62,800 nucleotides of DNA from Rhodothermales bacterium. GTDB lineage: Bacteria; Bacteroidota; Rhodothermia; Rhodothermales; UBA10348. Shown here piece after piece: positions 19,632-28,765 of the stretch. The notes below the pieces were generated by a model. The model was given only the letters and a program-made list of their open reading frames with translations, did not search any database and was not told where the DNA came from. The stretch covers positions 1 through 62,800 of the forward strand of contig JAFMNH010000001.1 of NCBI GenBank assembly GCA_017859335.1. Reading direction: 5' to 3'. The stretch's first letter is position 1, and every line of letters starts with the position of its first letter. The translations under genes were made by a program, and so were the position numbers.

Positions 19632-20348
19632 ATGACACCCTTCATCGCTGAAATTCTGGGAACGGCTCTTCTTCTATACCTCGGCAACGGTACCGTTGCA
19701 AACGTCGTATTGAGTAAAACCAAAGGAAACAACAGCGGCTGGATTGTGATTACCGTGGGCTGGGGATTGGCGGTCTTTGTGGGGGTATTCTCCGTAGCAG
19801 CGATCAGTGGCGCGCACATCAACCCGGCCGTCACACTGGGATTGGCTGCGGCAGGAAAGTTTTCCTGGTCCCTGGTACCGCTCTACATGGCTGCACAGTT
19901 CATTGGCGGAGCTCTGGGCGCTTTTCTGGCATGGCTGCACTATCGGCCCCATTTTGCAAAGACTGAAGATGCCGATCTCAAGCTGGCTGTCTTCTGTACG
20001 GCTCCTGCCATCCGGGAGACGTCGTCCAACCTGATTTCAGAAATTCTGGGGACGTTTGCGCTCGTGTTTTGTGTTCTTCTTCTGGCAGCGCCGGAAGTGG
20101 GTCTCGGAGCGCTGGACGCTTTACCTGTCGCCTTGCTGGTCCTCGTAATCGGGATCGGACTCGGCGGCACCACGGGGTATGCTATCAACCCGGCCCGTGA
20201 CTTCTCGCCTCGATTGATGCACGCGCTCCTTCCTGTCGCGGGTAAACGGGATAGTGATTGGTCCTATTCCTGGATTCCTGTCGTGGGTCCGTTCATCGGC
20301 GGCTTGCTCGCTGCTGGCCTGTATCTCGTAATCGGGGCCGGGGTATGA
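19632..20348 (+). CDS. glpF: MIP-family glycerol uptake facilitator (aquaglyceroporin)
   Basis: Two NPA boxes (HINPAVTLG and AINPARDF) and six predicted TM helices. The ATG at 19632 is preferred over the TTG at 19584 used in the ORF track. Confidence 0.9.
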   Translation: MTPFIAEILGTALLLYLGNGTVANVVLSKTKGNNSGWIVITVGWGLAVFVGVFSVAAISGAHINPAVTLGLAAAGKFSWSLVPLYMAAQFIGGALGAFLAWLHYRPHFAKTEDADLKLAVFCTAPAIRETSSNLISEILGTFALVFCVLLLAAPEVGLGALDALPVALLVLVIGIGLGGTTGYAINPARDFSPRLMHALLPVAGKRDSDWSYSWIPVVGPFIGGLLAAGLYLVIGAGV

Positions 20349-21688
20349 TTGGTATTCTCCGGCCTCCCTCCCATCAGCCTCGCGTTCCGGAAGAGAAAGT
20401 TGACGAGAAGTATCGCCGCCTGAGATGGCAGGTGTTCATGGGCATCTTTGTCGGCTATGCCGGCTACTACTTCGTCCGAAAGAACTTCTCTCTGGCCATG
20501 CCCTACCTGATCGAGGAAGGGTATTCCCGAACGGAACTGGGCTTTGCTTTATCTGGGGTGGCCATCGCATACGGATTGTCCAAATTCTTGATGGGCAGTG
20601 TTTCGGATCGAAGCAATGCCCGCTCATTCATGGCGCTGGGTTTGGCGGTCAGCGCCGTCATCATGATCATGATGGGGACACTGCCGTTTGCCACGGCATC
20701 AGTTACCATGATGTTCACGCTCCTGCTGCTGAACGGGTGGTTTCAGGGGATGGGCTGGCCCCCCTCTGGTCGAACCATGGTGCACTGGTTTTCAGCCAGC
20801 GAGCGCGGCACGAAAATGGCCTTCTGGAACGTGGCACACAACGTAGGCGGGGGGCTTGTGGGGCCAATCGCCATACTGGGCGTCGCCATTTTTGCCGATT
20901 GGCATGCCATCTTGTATACGCACGGCATATTGTCACTGATCGTGGTGGTGTTCATCCTTCTGACGGTCAGAGACACGCCGCAGAGCCAGGGCCTCCCCCC
21001 GATTGAAGAACATCGAAAGGACTACCCAAAAACCTTCGATTACGATTCGACCCACGAAAAGGAGTTTTCGACGAGGGAGATCTTTTTCGGGAATGTCTTC
21101 AATAATCGGCTCTTGTGGACGATTGCCCTGGCCAACGCCTTCGTCTATCTGGTTCGGTATGGCGTGCTGGATTGGGCGCCGACTTACCTGGGAGAGGTCA
21201 AGAACTTCTCTTTCGATGACTCGAGCTGGGCCTATGCACTCTACGAGTGGGCAGGAATTCCAGGTACTTTGCTTTGTGGCTGGATGTCAGACCGACTTTT
21301 CAGAGGCCGCAGAGCGCCCGTCAGCATCATCTACATGTTCCTGACAGGTATATGCGTCGTCATCTACTGGCTCAATCCCCCCGGAAATCCAGGGGTAGAT
21401 ATTGCTATGCTGATCTCAATTGGTTTCCTCATCTACGGCCCGGTGATGTTGATAGGGGTCCACGCGCTGGACCTCGTACCCAAAAAAGCGGCCGGAACGG
21501 CTGCAGGATTCACCGGCCTGTTCGGATATGTTGGGGGGGCCGTAGCCGCAAATGTGGCTATTGGAGCCCTGGTAGACGCAGCAGGGTGGGATGCCGGATT
21601 TTTGTTGATTGTTAGCGCCTGTGTTGCGGCAATGATATTGATTTCGCTTACCTGGAAAGCCGAAAGAGAGGTTCTTCTAGGCGATTAA
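20345..21688 (+). CDS. glpT: MFS glycerol-3-phosphate/phosphate antiporter
   Basis: The N-terminus EKYRRLRWQVFMGIFVGYAGYYFVRKNFSLAMPYL is the GlpT/UhpT signature. There are about 12 TM segments. The ATG at 20345 forms an ATGA overlap with the glpF stop, and the longer ORF-track extension overlaps glpF. Confidence 0.9.
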   Translation: MIGILRPPSHQPRVPEEKVDEKYRRLRWQVFMGIFVGYAGYYFVRKNFSLAMPYLIEEGYSRTELGFALSGVAIAYGLSKFLMGSVSDRSNARSFMALGLAVSAVIMIMMGTLPFATASVTMMFTLLLLNGWFQGMGWPPSGRTMVHWFSASERGTKMAFWNVAHNVGGGLVGPIAILGVAIFADWHAILYTHGILSLIVVVFILLTVRDTPQSQGLPPIEEHRKDYPKTFDYDSTHEKEFSTREIFFGNVFNNRLLWTIALANAFVYLVRYGVLDWAPTYLGEVKNFSFDDSSWAYALYEWAGIPGTLLCGWMSDRLFRGRRAPVSIIYMFLTGICVVIYWLNPPGNPGVDIAMLISIGFLIYGPVMLIGVHALDLVPKKAAGTAAGFTGLFGYVGGAVAANVAIGALVDAAGWDAGFLLIVSACVAAMILISLTWKAEREVLLGD

Positions 21689-21863
21689 TGAGCTTCAACA
21701 AACGAACACTACCCGTAGGTATATACAACTACTCCGACATCACACCCCTGACTTGGTTTTAGCGTTGGCGGACAGGATTCGTACGCTTCTGCTCGACCTC
21801 CTTGGGGTATGAGAGGGCGCTTGGTTGGCTGCATCCAGCCCCTTGTCTGATGCTCGGTGACTA

Positions 21864-24800
21864 TCACTTTGAGACAACGAGGGGCTGCAACCTTTTGCCG
21901 GACCCGCTGACTAGGCGGATAAAGTAGACCCCATTACGCAGCGTTGAAATGTCGAAGCGAATGTCGTGGCGCCCCTCGCCCAGGGCTTCGTCCAGTATCG
22001 GAGAGTGTTGGCGGCCCAAGATGTCTATGATATCGACGCGCACTCTACCTGCTCTTGGAAGCATGATGGTCGTACTGACCGATGAGCTGGCCGGATAGGG
22101 CCATGGTTGTTCCAAGGCCAAGGATAAAGCACCCTCTTGCCGTGTCGATCCCAATCCGGTGGCAAGGTGTGCATCAATATGGTTTAAACTGAATAACCAC
22201 CCGGTTTTGTCGGAGTCTGATCGTGCTTCCACCCGTAGGATGTGTGTGCCCTCTTCAAGATGGACCTCCGGGAAGGGGAGCGACCTCCAAAACTGAAACG
22301 ATCCAGTGGATGTGACCGGTTTCCAGCCGCCAATGTCTTGTCCGTCTATGAGAAGCCGGATCTCCCCAAATCCAGGCACCGTTGCTACGGAGGGCTCGAA
22401 GATGTAGCGCCCAGTCGTTGGCACATTGATCGTGTACTCCAGCCATTCTCCGGAGACGATCCAGAAGACGGCATGACCACCATCGTTGGCAGCTTCCAAG
22501 TCGACACCTTCATCAGGCCGAAAAGCTAATCCGATATTTTGCTCTTCGGCGTCATGATAGGCACGCCCCTCGCCTCCTTCGTCGTAGTGCTCCGCTTGTA
22601 TGCGTCCCGGAATACTAGGCGTATGTCCGCGAAAGGGCGTTCCGTTTTCGAGCACTGTTATGTACGTGCTATCGGAAGATTGTAGCCCCTCGCCATTGGT
22701 CACCTCAAGAACGACGGGGTACTCCCCAGCCTCTTCGAAGGTGAAGACAGGAGCGCTCTCTTGCGTCTCCCCCAGATTACCGAAGAGCCACCGATGGCTA
22801 ACAATGCCACCCTTCCGGTCAAAACTGAGATTTCCATCGAAGGATACCCTCAGCGGCTTCTTGCCTCGTGTTGTGCTTGCCTGAATGATGGCAACGGGTG
22901 CATCTGGATTGATATCCGCAGTGGTAAATGTAGCAAAGCTCCTGGGTGCTACCCTCAGTTCAACACCATCTGAAAATGTGACGACATGCTCTTCGCTGTT
23001 CGAGTTGTAGGCAACGTAAGTATGATCACCAGCTGCATCTTCGAAGACGGTGTATGTCGGAGTATTTGCTGTAACAGTTTTATCCAGATGCCCCATTTTG
23101 CGGAGATTGAATAGCCAGTGCATCGTGTGGGCTTTGGATGCACCGTCGAATGCTTCATATCCGGGATCTGAAAGAAAGTATCCAAGTGCTTGGTCGGCAT
23201 CGCCCAAAGCGAGATACTTCCATAGCACATCTTTCCATAAAACCGGCTGTCCGCTTCGCTCCTCTACAATCTCTGCGTAATTCCGAAGAACGTAATCTGG
23301 ATGTCTACCCAGATATAGCGAACCGGCTGTCACAGGTAGAATATTGATACCGTGAATGAACTCCGGATCTGCCCCAAACCACGTAGAGTGTACGCCTTTT
23401 CCTCCCCAAACCATTCCTATGGACACGTGCCCATACTCCTCGGGAAAGACAGCATCATCTACATCAAACCAATATTGATCAACGGCTGCTGACTCTGTTG
23501 CATGCAAGAATACGCCCAGATCTCGGATGTCGGTCTGCCCTGTTGCTTCGCCCCACAAAATGACAGCGGAAGCAAAGTTGAGCGATTCAGAGGAGGACTC
23601 TTGATTATTTCCGTCTCCAAAATCAGCATGACCTGCAGCCCACGAGTGACCCGCGTATGCATCATGGGAACGCAAAAATGGGAATAAAGGATCGTCTCGG
23701 TCCCAGCTATTGGCATCTCTGATCAACAGATTTACCATTTGTCCCCATTGGCTTGGGGCAGCCCAAACACTATCGTATCGCGCTATCGTTGCTGCACTGA
23801 AAATGGCATAGCTGGCGTGGAAGTGGTGATCATTGATTTGATTATCCGCTCCAAATGAGGAAGGATAACCGGTTAACACATCCCAGTTCGGTATGTAAGC
23901 ATACTGAAGCGCCCCTCCGGCGGTAAACCAGTCTTCAAGCTGTGCCTTGATTTGATCCAGGAAGTAGTTTCGCTCTTCATCAGCGCCCAACTGATCAGCT
24001 ATGTGAGCAAGGTTGGCGAAGCGAGCCATCCGTTTTCCACTGTTGTAGGTATCCGTTGGTGAAAGCTGCTGGGACGTGGCTTCTTTGACGAGTGAATGAA
24101 GCTGGACAGGGTTATAGTCTCCAAGGTTTGGTAGAGCAGGCAGGATACCGGTGAAGGGATGTTCTGTATAAAAGGTGTTTCCGGCGACTACCTTCATTGT
24201 ACCTCGTGCCGATATGTACTCGAAGGGCAGAAAGGGAGAACGTGTCGCTAGCCACTGATGTCTGTAAAGTGCCATCAGCGTCCTGTTTTCTGACCCTTCC
24301 ATGACCTCCGTTTCGACACTGAATTCCGTAGATACCCCTGATGATGACTCGTCGTAGTTCCACGTCACCCGGCTATTGGTGACGAAGGCGAAGGCATGCG
24401 TTCTGAAGAGCTCCAATGTGGTCAGCTCACGATCTGGCAAAACGGCTACGGAGAGATAGTCCTTACCACCGAGGTCAGAGGTCAGGTCTGTTGACTGCGA
24501 CCACTCAGAACCAGAGGGAGCAAAAATGCCGTAATGTTTACCTGATACGGTCAGGCCCAAGGTGCCGTCTTCTTGGTACCACACGTCCAAGCTACTCGTG
24601 GATCTAATTTGAGCCCGGTCCCCCGCAAGTTTGAAAAACACATACGGCATACCGTGCCCCATCGTAGCTGTCATGCTGTGGCTGCCGTCTTTCCACTCAG
24701 CCGTGACAACCCAATCGCTGTAGGAGAGAGCCGTCGTTAGGGGTGCGGTCATCCCGGCGATACCCACTGTGAGATCAGCGGAGTGGGGAAAGAGGTAATC

Positions 24801-25199
24801 AGCTGCCGCGAACACGTGCCCATCACTGTATCCGAGCTCTAATCCTGACTCGACAGCCTTCATGGCGAGGGGATGGGCAAAAATAACGTTCGAGTGAGGC
24901 AGACCTGAGAATGGGAAAATCAGACTACTCCAAAAATCATTTGTCTGGATGGCACCCTGAAACCCGGCGGATATTTTTGGAGAAATGCTTTGGCCATTTG
25001 CGTTCTGGGGTCCTACGTCTCCACTCGGCGCGTGGGTACGATAGGATCCAGAGCCAAGTGATATAACCTGGGCGTGGACTTCTGAGCCGCCGAAGAAGAG
25101 GGCAATGAGGAACACCATTTCAGCAATGCCCCACCGAGGTGCGTGAAAGCATTCAGTTGTAAGGGGTCGCTGATAACATCTGGACGGTCTTAGCATCAT
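21864..25199 (-). CDS. GH81 endo-beta-1,3-glucanase with PKD domain, CBM6-like module and T9SS C-terminal sorting domain
   Basis: GH81 signatures NDHHFHASYAIFSAA and FPFLRSHDAYAGHSWAAGHADFGDGNNQESSSESLNFASAVILWG. PKD segment (PLRVSFDGNLSFD...HRWLFGN...YPVVLEVTNGEG). CBM6-like segment (GRIQAEHYDEGGEGRAYHD...EWLEYTINV). CTD (VRVDIIDILGRQ...NGVYFIRLVSG). An alternative start at 25118 (MVFLIALFFGGSEVHAQ) is possible. Confidence 0.9.
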   Translation of the reverse strand: MMLRPSRCYQRPLTTECFHAPRWGIAEMVFLIALFFGGSEVHAQVISLGSGSYRTHAPSGDVGPQNANGQSISPKISAGFQGAIQTNDFWSSLIFPFSGLPHSNVIFAHPLAMKAVESGLELGYSDGHVFAAADYLFPHSADLTVGIAGMTAPLTTALSYSDWVVTAEWKDGSHSMTATMGHGMPYVFFKLAGDRAQIRSTSSLDVWYQEDGTLGLTVSGKHYGIFAPSGSEWSQSTDLTSDLGGKDYLSVAVLPDRELTTLELFRTHAFAFVTNSRVTWNYDESSSGVSTEFSVETEVMEGSENRTLMALYRHQWLATRSPFLPFEYISARGTMKVVAGNTFYTEHPFTGILPALPNLGDYNPVQLHSLVKEATSQQLSPTDTYNSGKRMARFANLAHIADQLGADEERNYFLDQIKAQLEDWFTAGGALQYAYIPNWDVLTGYPSSFGADNQINDHHFHASYAIFSAATIARYDSVWAAPSQWGQMVNLLIRDANSWDRDDPLFPFLRSHDAYAGHSWAAGHADFGDGNNQESSSESLNFASAVILWGEATGQTDIRDLGVFLHATESAAVDQYWFDVDDAVFPEEYGHVSIGMVWGGKGVHSTWFGADPEFIHGINILPVTAGSLYLGRHPDYVLRNYAEIVEERSGQPVLWKDVLWKYLALGDADQALGYFLSDPGYEAFDGASKAHTMHWLFNLRKMGHLDKTVTANTPTYTVFEDAAGDHTYVAYNSNSEEHVVTFSDGVELRVAPRSFATFTTADINPDAPVAIIQASTTRGKKPLRVSFDGNLSFDRKGGIVSHRWLFGNLGETQESAPVFTFEEAGEYPVVLEVTNGEGLQSSDSTYITVLENGTPFRGHTPSIPGRIQAEHYDEGGEGRAYHDAEEQNIGLAFRPDEGVDLEAANDGGHAVFWIVSGEWLEYTINVPTTGRYIFEPSVATVPGFGEIRLLIDGQDIGGWKPVTSTGSFQFWRSLPFPEVHLEEGTHILRVEARSDSDKTGWLFSLNHIDAHLATGLGSTRQEGALSLALEQPWPYPASSSVSTTIMLPRAGRVRVDIIDILGRQHSPILDEALGEGRHDIRFDISTLRNGVYFIRLVSGSGKRLQPLVVSK

Positions 25200-25365
25200 T
25201 TATTTAAGGAGAGCCACGATGACTAATGGTGGTGGGCAGAGTGCTTTGAAGTTGCGAGTAGGTGGATTCCACAGTCCACGGAAGCAGCTTTTTTGTTCTC
25301 CAAGGCGGGATACCGCACAATGTTCACCTCTCAGTATGCTAGCCACCCATTTTCCCAGAAAACAA

Positions 25366-25381
25366 CGTTTGATGTCAAACG
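25366..25381. promoter_or_regulatory. Perfect 7-2-7 palindrome in the GH81 upstream leader; candidate operator
   Basis: CGTTTGA-TG-TCAAACG has both arms perfectly complementary. It lies about 170 nt upstream of the 25199 start, inside a 436-nt noncoding leader. Confidence 0.3.
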
Positions 25382-25635
25382 ACAAAGTCAGCTCCAAGCA
25401 GCAGAGGAGGCATCTACAGCTGACCCAATAATCGTATTTCACCGCTGGTTTCTACAAGCCGAACAGTATCCTAGTCCATCTCCGATCGCCCTGAACTCCT
25501 TTGAATACTTCCTTCTGGTGCGCTTCGCGTACCTATTGATTGATGCAATAGTACGCCAATCATCTGTCCCTTTAATAGGACCAAGGTCAGAACGGGTAGG
25601 CAGTCGTTACCGAACGTTTATGAATGTGTTTGTAC

Positions 25636-25833
25636 CTAGCCACGCTTTAGGTGCTTGGTCTTTCGACCTGTGACACGCTCGCGCCACATCCTGAAGCTCG
25701 AACGCTTCAATTCACGGCGCATCAAGGCGATTACCTCGGATTCAGATAAGCCTGTGGTCGCTTCGATAGCGTCAAAGCTGACATCATCCTGCCACGCTTT
25801 TTCAATGATGTCGCTTATTTCTGACTCTGTCAT
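25636..25833 (-). CDS. TIGR03643/DUF2805-family small protein
   Basis: MTESEISDIIEKAWQDDVSFDAIEATTGLSESEVIALMRRELKRSSFRMWRERVTGRKTKH matches the family pattern I remember (..AWED.TPFEAIE..FGLSE.EVI.LMRR.LK.SSF..WR.RV.GR.TKH). The internal ATG is preferred over the ORF-track start at 25878. Confidence 0.75.
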   Translation of the reverse strand: MTESEISDIIEKAWQDDVSFDAIEATTGLSESEVIALMRRELKRSSFRMWRERVTGRKTKHLKRG

Positions 25834-26056
25834 GCAGCTTCTTGCTAACCTTCTATGATTCCACTCAATACATGGCAATCAATTGGGCCATGTGATGCTC
25901 GGGAAGTGCGACTCAGCGAGCAACATTACGTCCCTGAAGTACGGCCCCACAAGTCAGGCGTATGGCCCTTTTGTCTGGGCACCGTCCAGATCACATGGGA
26001 CAGCCTGGAGGGCTGGAATCAGGTACACACGGCCAAGCAGCACTTGGTAGATCGGT

Positions 26057-26437
26057 CTACAACCATAGAATGCCGGCCGACATGACCAGTATCAAGAAGG
26101 CAGGAATTGATTTCTTGAGAGGATCGCCGACCTTTATATGCATGGACAATGCCCCTATCATCAGGAGAGCGATGATCGACGCTGCAGGCCCAACGAGCTC
26201 TGGTATCCAGAACCCGACCAGAAGCGCAACTGCGGATCCGACTTTGAGTGCTCCCACGATGAAAAAAGCGGCATCGGGAAGGCCGTAAGCGCTGAACTCC
26301 TCCTTGAGTGACTGTGCTTCACCGCCGCGATAAGCGGTTGCTGACGTTGAGCGAAGGATCCAGACATTCAGTAATCCGAGTGCTACGGTAATCTGAAAGA
26401 AGGAGGCGAGGGTAAACTCAGGCATGATGCGTCTCAT
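26057..26437 (-). CDS. DoxX-like family membrane protein
   Basis: 126 aa with four TM helices. The pattern LLNVWILR...EEFSAYGLP...VGALKVGSAVALLVG...ALLMIGALSMHIK is typical of DoxX-like proteins. Confidence 0.75.
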   Translation of the reverse strand: MRRIMPEFTLASFFQITVALGLLNVWILRSTSATAYRGGEAQSLKEEFSAYGLPDAAFFIVGALKVGSAVALLVGFWIPELVGPAASIIALLMIGALSMHIKVGDPLKKSIPAFLILVMSAGILWL

Positions 26438-26474
26438 TTGATGAAGTCTGAGTATAGCAGAAACGCGCTGTCAA

Positions 26475-26840
26475 ATGCGAGGTTTGTCCCGCATGAATCT
26501 ACTCTACCAAGGCCTGAGCATTCTGACCGGTGTCGGCTTTATTTACTACGGCATTTCTTGTCTGGTCTCCCCAACAATGCGACAGGAATTCGAGCGTTTC
26601 GGAGCCGCACAGTACCGCGTCCTTACCGGTATTCTGGAAATCCTGGGGGGTTTGGGTGTATTGTTGGGATTGTTCGTCCCGCTGATCGGTGCTTTAGCTG
26701 CTGCTGGCATTGCGCTTCTCATGATCATGGTTGTTGTTCAGCGCATCATGCAACGGGACTCACTCCTGCAAATGGCACAGGCGCTGATATTCACGATGAT
26801 CGCGTCTTGGCTCACCGTATTTGGCGTCTTGAACTGGTGA
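26475..26840 (+). CDS. DoxX-like family membrane protein (paralogue, divergently oriented)
   Basis: 121 aa with four TM helices. FIYYGISCL...QEFERFGAAQYRVLTGILEILGGLGVLLG has the same architecture as the neighbour. An alternative start lies at 26493. Confidence 0.75.
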   Translation: MRGLSRMNLLYQGLSILTGVGFIYYGISCLVSPTMRQEFERFGAAQYRVLTGILEILGGLGVLLGLFVPLIGALAAAGIALLMIMVVVQRIMQRDSLLQMAQALIFTMIASWLTVFGVLNW

Positions 26841-27015
26841 AGCAAAGAGATGTGGCACCCTGTGAATGATGGGGCAAACACGATTCTTGGACTCCGCTGG
26901 GACGCAGAAAAACCTTGATACCTGGATAGGTACCTGTTTTTACGGAGAGGCTTGTACCATGGATATATTGTTATTTACACTGATATCCTGATGCTATAAC
27001 CGATACGCCAGGGCT

Positions 27016-27219
27016 TTGAGGATCTACCATTACATACTGACGCTTCTGTGTTGTGCGGCGGGCTTGTTTTTCGTCATCGTGGGTTCAGCGCCTGCTTTTG
27101 AGACAGGAGAGTGGTCCCAGATCAATTACGGTGCTGTCATTCTGCTGTCGGGTGCGCTGTATTTCTTTTCGGCCAGGGTCAAGAAGACGGACGCAGGATC
27201 TGATGGGGGTATCAAATGA
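27016..27219 (+). CDS. Small two-TM membrane protein (hypothetical)
   Basis: 67 aa with two hydrophobic helices (ILTLLCCAAGLFFVIVG and GAVILLSGALYFF). TTG start. The stop forms an ATGA overlap with the next gene. There is no family recognition. Confidence 0.4.
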   Translation: MRIYHYILTLLCCAAGLFFVIVGSAPAFETGEWSQINYGAVILLSGALYFFSARVKKTDAGSDGGIK

Positions 27220-27938
27220 AACCAACCCAGTGGTCTTCTTTTCGAACTCATCTCGTAGAGTTTGTCGTTGTTGTGCTTGGGATTACCGTGTCTTTCAGCC
27301 TGGACGGATGGCGTCAGGACCGGATCACGTCTGAGCTCCACCTGTCGGAAATCAGAAGCCTACTGGAAGATCTGGAACAGGATAAGGAGCGCCTTTCAAG
27401 CGTCTCTGATATGATTGAGGAGGGTGACAGCAGTGTGCGGCTCATTCTGAACGACATCCTTGCGTACAGGGAAAATGAGCTTTCGTATTCTGAGTTGGCC
27501 TTGACTCTTCAGGATGTGGGTACGCCCTATCAGTACGGCACCTTTTTCATGAACACCTCGACGTATACGTCCTTGGTGGCAACGGGCAGGCTGCAGCTCT
27601 TTCCGGAGCATATCAATCGAAAGCTTCGGGACTATTACGAGTATGTATCCAAGCGCGTAGACGACAACAACGAACTGGTAGACCGCATTACACTGGCGTA
27701 CTACAACGAGTATCATCCATGGGTCAACTTTCAGTCGCTTGGGAAGGAAGACACGCTCCACGATGATGGGATCCCGCACTCTTTTTTCAGGGATCCTGCC
27801 ATTAAACGACTGTATTCCGATGTGTCTTTTTTGACCGCGACGTTAGCCTTGCAGGATCGGATTCGCATCCATAGCGGCCAGGTTGCTCAGTATGAGAGAT
27901 TGCGCGACGAACTTGAGGCGCTACTCAGCCAACTATGA
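27216..27938 (+). CDS. N-terminally anchored hypothetical protein; resembles a Bacteroidota single-pass family, DUF6090-like from memory
   Basis: A single TM (LVEFVVVVLGITVSFSLDGWRQDR) is followed by a helical soluble domain. The family name is unverified. Confidence 0.65.
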   Translation: MKPTQWSSFRTHLVEFVVVVLGITVSFSLDGWRQDRITSELHLSEIRSLLEDLEQDKERLSSVSDMIEEGDSSVRLILNDILAYRENELSYSELALTLQDVGTPYQYGTFFMNTSTYTSLVATGRLQLFPEHINRKLRDYYEYVSKRVDDNNELVDRITLAYYNEYHPWVNFQSLGKEDTLHDDGIPHSFFRDPAIKRLYSDVSFLTATLALQDRIRIHSGQVAQYERLRDELEALLSQL

Positions 27939-28122
27939 TGTCTCAGGGCATCTCATGGGTACCATGGACGAAGGATGTGGGACCGTGCGCCAGGGCATTC
28001 TGTAGGTTCATCGTCTAATCAAGCGTGTACCCTGTTCCTATTTTATGTCTCATGGTTGCCTAGTGGGGTCGCGGTCTATACTTTTACTCTCGTCAATTTT
28101 CACTTGTGCGTGGAGTAAGAAG

Positions 28123-28551
28123 ATGATCAAAAATACTGTTGCAACCGTACTGATGGCGGTTGTTCTCGTCGGCTGTTCCAAGGAAGTGGAGGTCACTGTC
28201 GTCTCCGAAGATTCCACCCCTGAGGTCGTCAACCAGATGAGCATTCATCTTTTTGATCTTCCCGAGGGAATGTCCGAGGAAGAGTATCTGGCCGATGTCG
28301 CGACCCTGAATGAGTTTTATACGCAGGCCTCGTACCCAAAGAATTACACCGTGTTGAAAGTTGCTGACGATTCCGGGGTCGATACCTATCGGTATGCATT
28401 GGTCAGTTCGTATACGAGTGCCGATCAATATGCCGAACTGCACGACCTTGGACCTGATTACGAGGCGTTTATGGATTCCATTCGGGTCAAGCACAAAGGT
28501 ATCATAGACACCGAGATATACCGGAAGGTATTTCGGATTAGCGCGCCCTAG
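28123..28551 (+). CDS. Hypothetical lipoprotein
   Basis: MIKNTVATVLMAVVLVGCSKE has a lipobox, followed by about 120 aa of soluble domain. The start was moved to 28123 from the ORF-track 28045. Confidence 0.7.
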   Translation: MIKNTVATVLMAVVLVGCSKEVEVTVVSEDSTPEVVNQMSIHLFDLPEGMSEEEYLADVATLNEFYTQASYPKNYTVLKVADDSGVDTYRYALVSSYTSADQYAELHDLGPDYEAFMDSIRVKHKGIIDTEIYRKVFRISAP

Positions 28552-28765
28552 TCGGGCACACCCCAATCGCGCACTCACATAATTGAAGGGTACTGCAACG
28601 GCCTGCGAGCGCCGAATCAGCATTCGATCCCTTTGATAACCAATGGGCTAATCGCCCGATAGGATACGTCTGCATCCTTATCCGGCGTAAAGCGCAGTTG
28701 GGCTCGTCGGTCCCCATGGGTGTCCTCCGTGCTTCTGCCTGCACAGGTCTCTAGATTATCTCCCC

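Noticed and set aside
25219-25673. Short + strand ORFs (70 aa and 126 aa) in the GH81 leader.
   Set aside because: Low-complexity translations with no signal peptide, TM helix or family motif. The region is better treated as noncoding until expression data exist.
28552-28765. A 214-nt intergenic region upstream of the 297-aa membrane protein and ilvA, inspected for a riboswitch or a T-box/attenuator.
   Set aside because: No recognisable riboswitch core, no leader peptide rich in Ile/Thr codons, and no terminator/antiterminator pair visible by eye.
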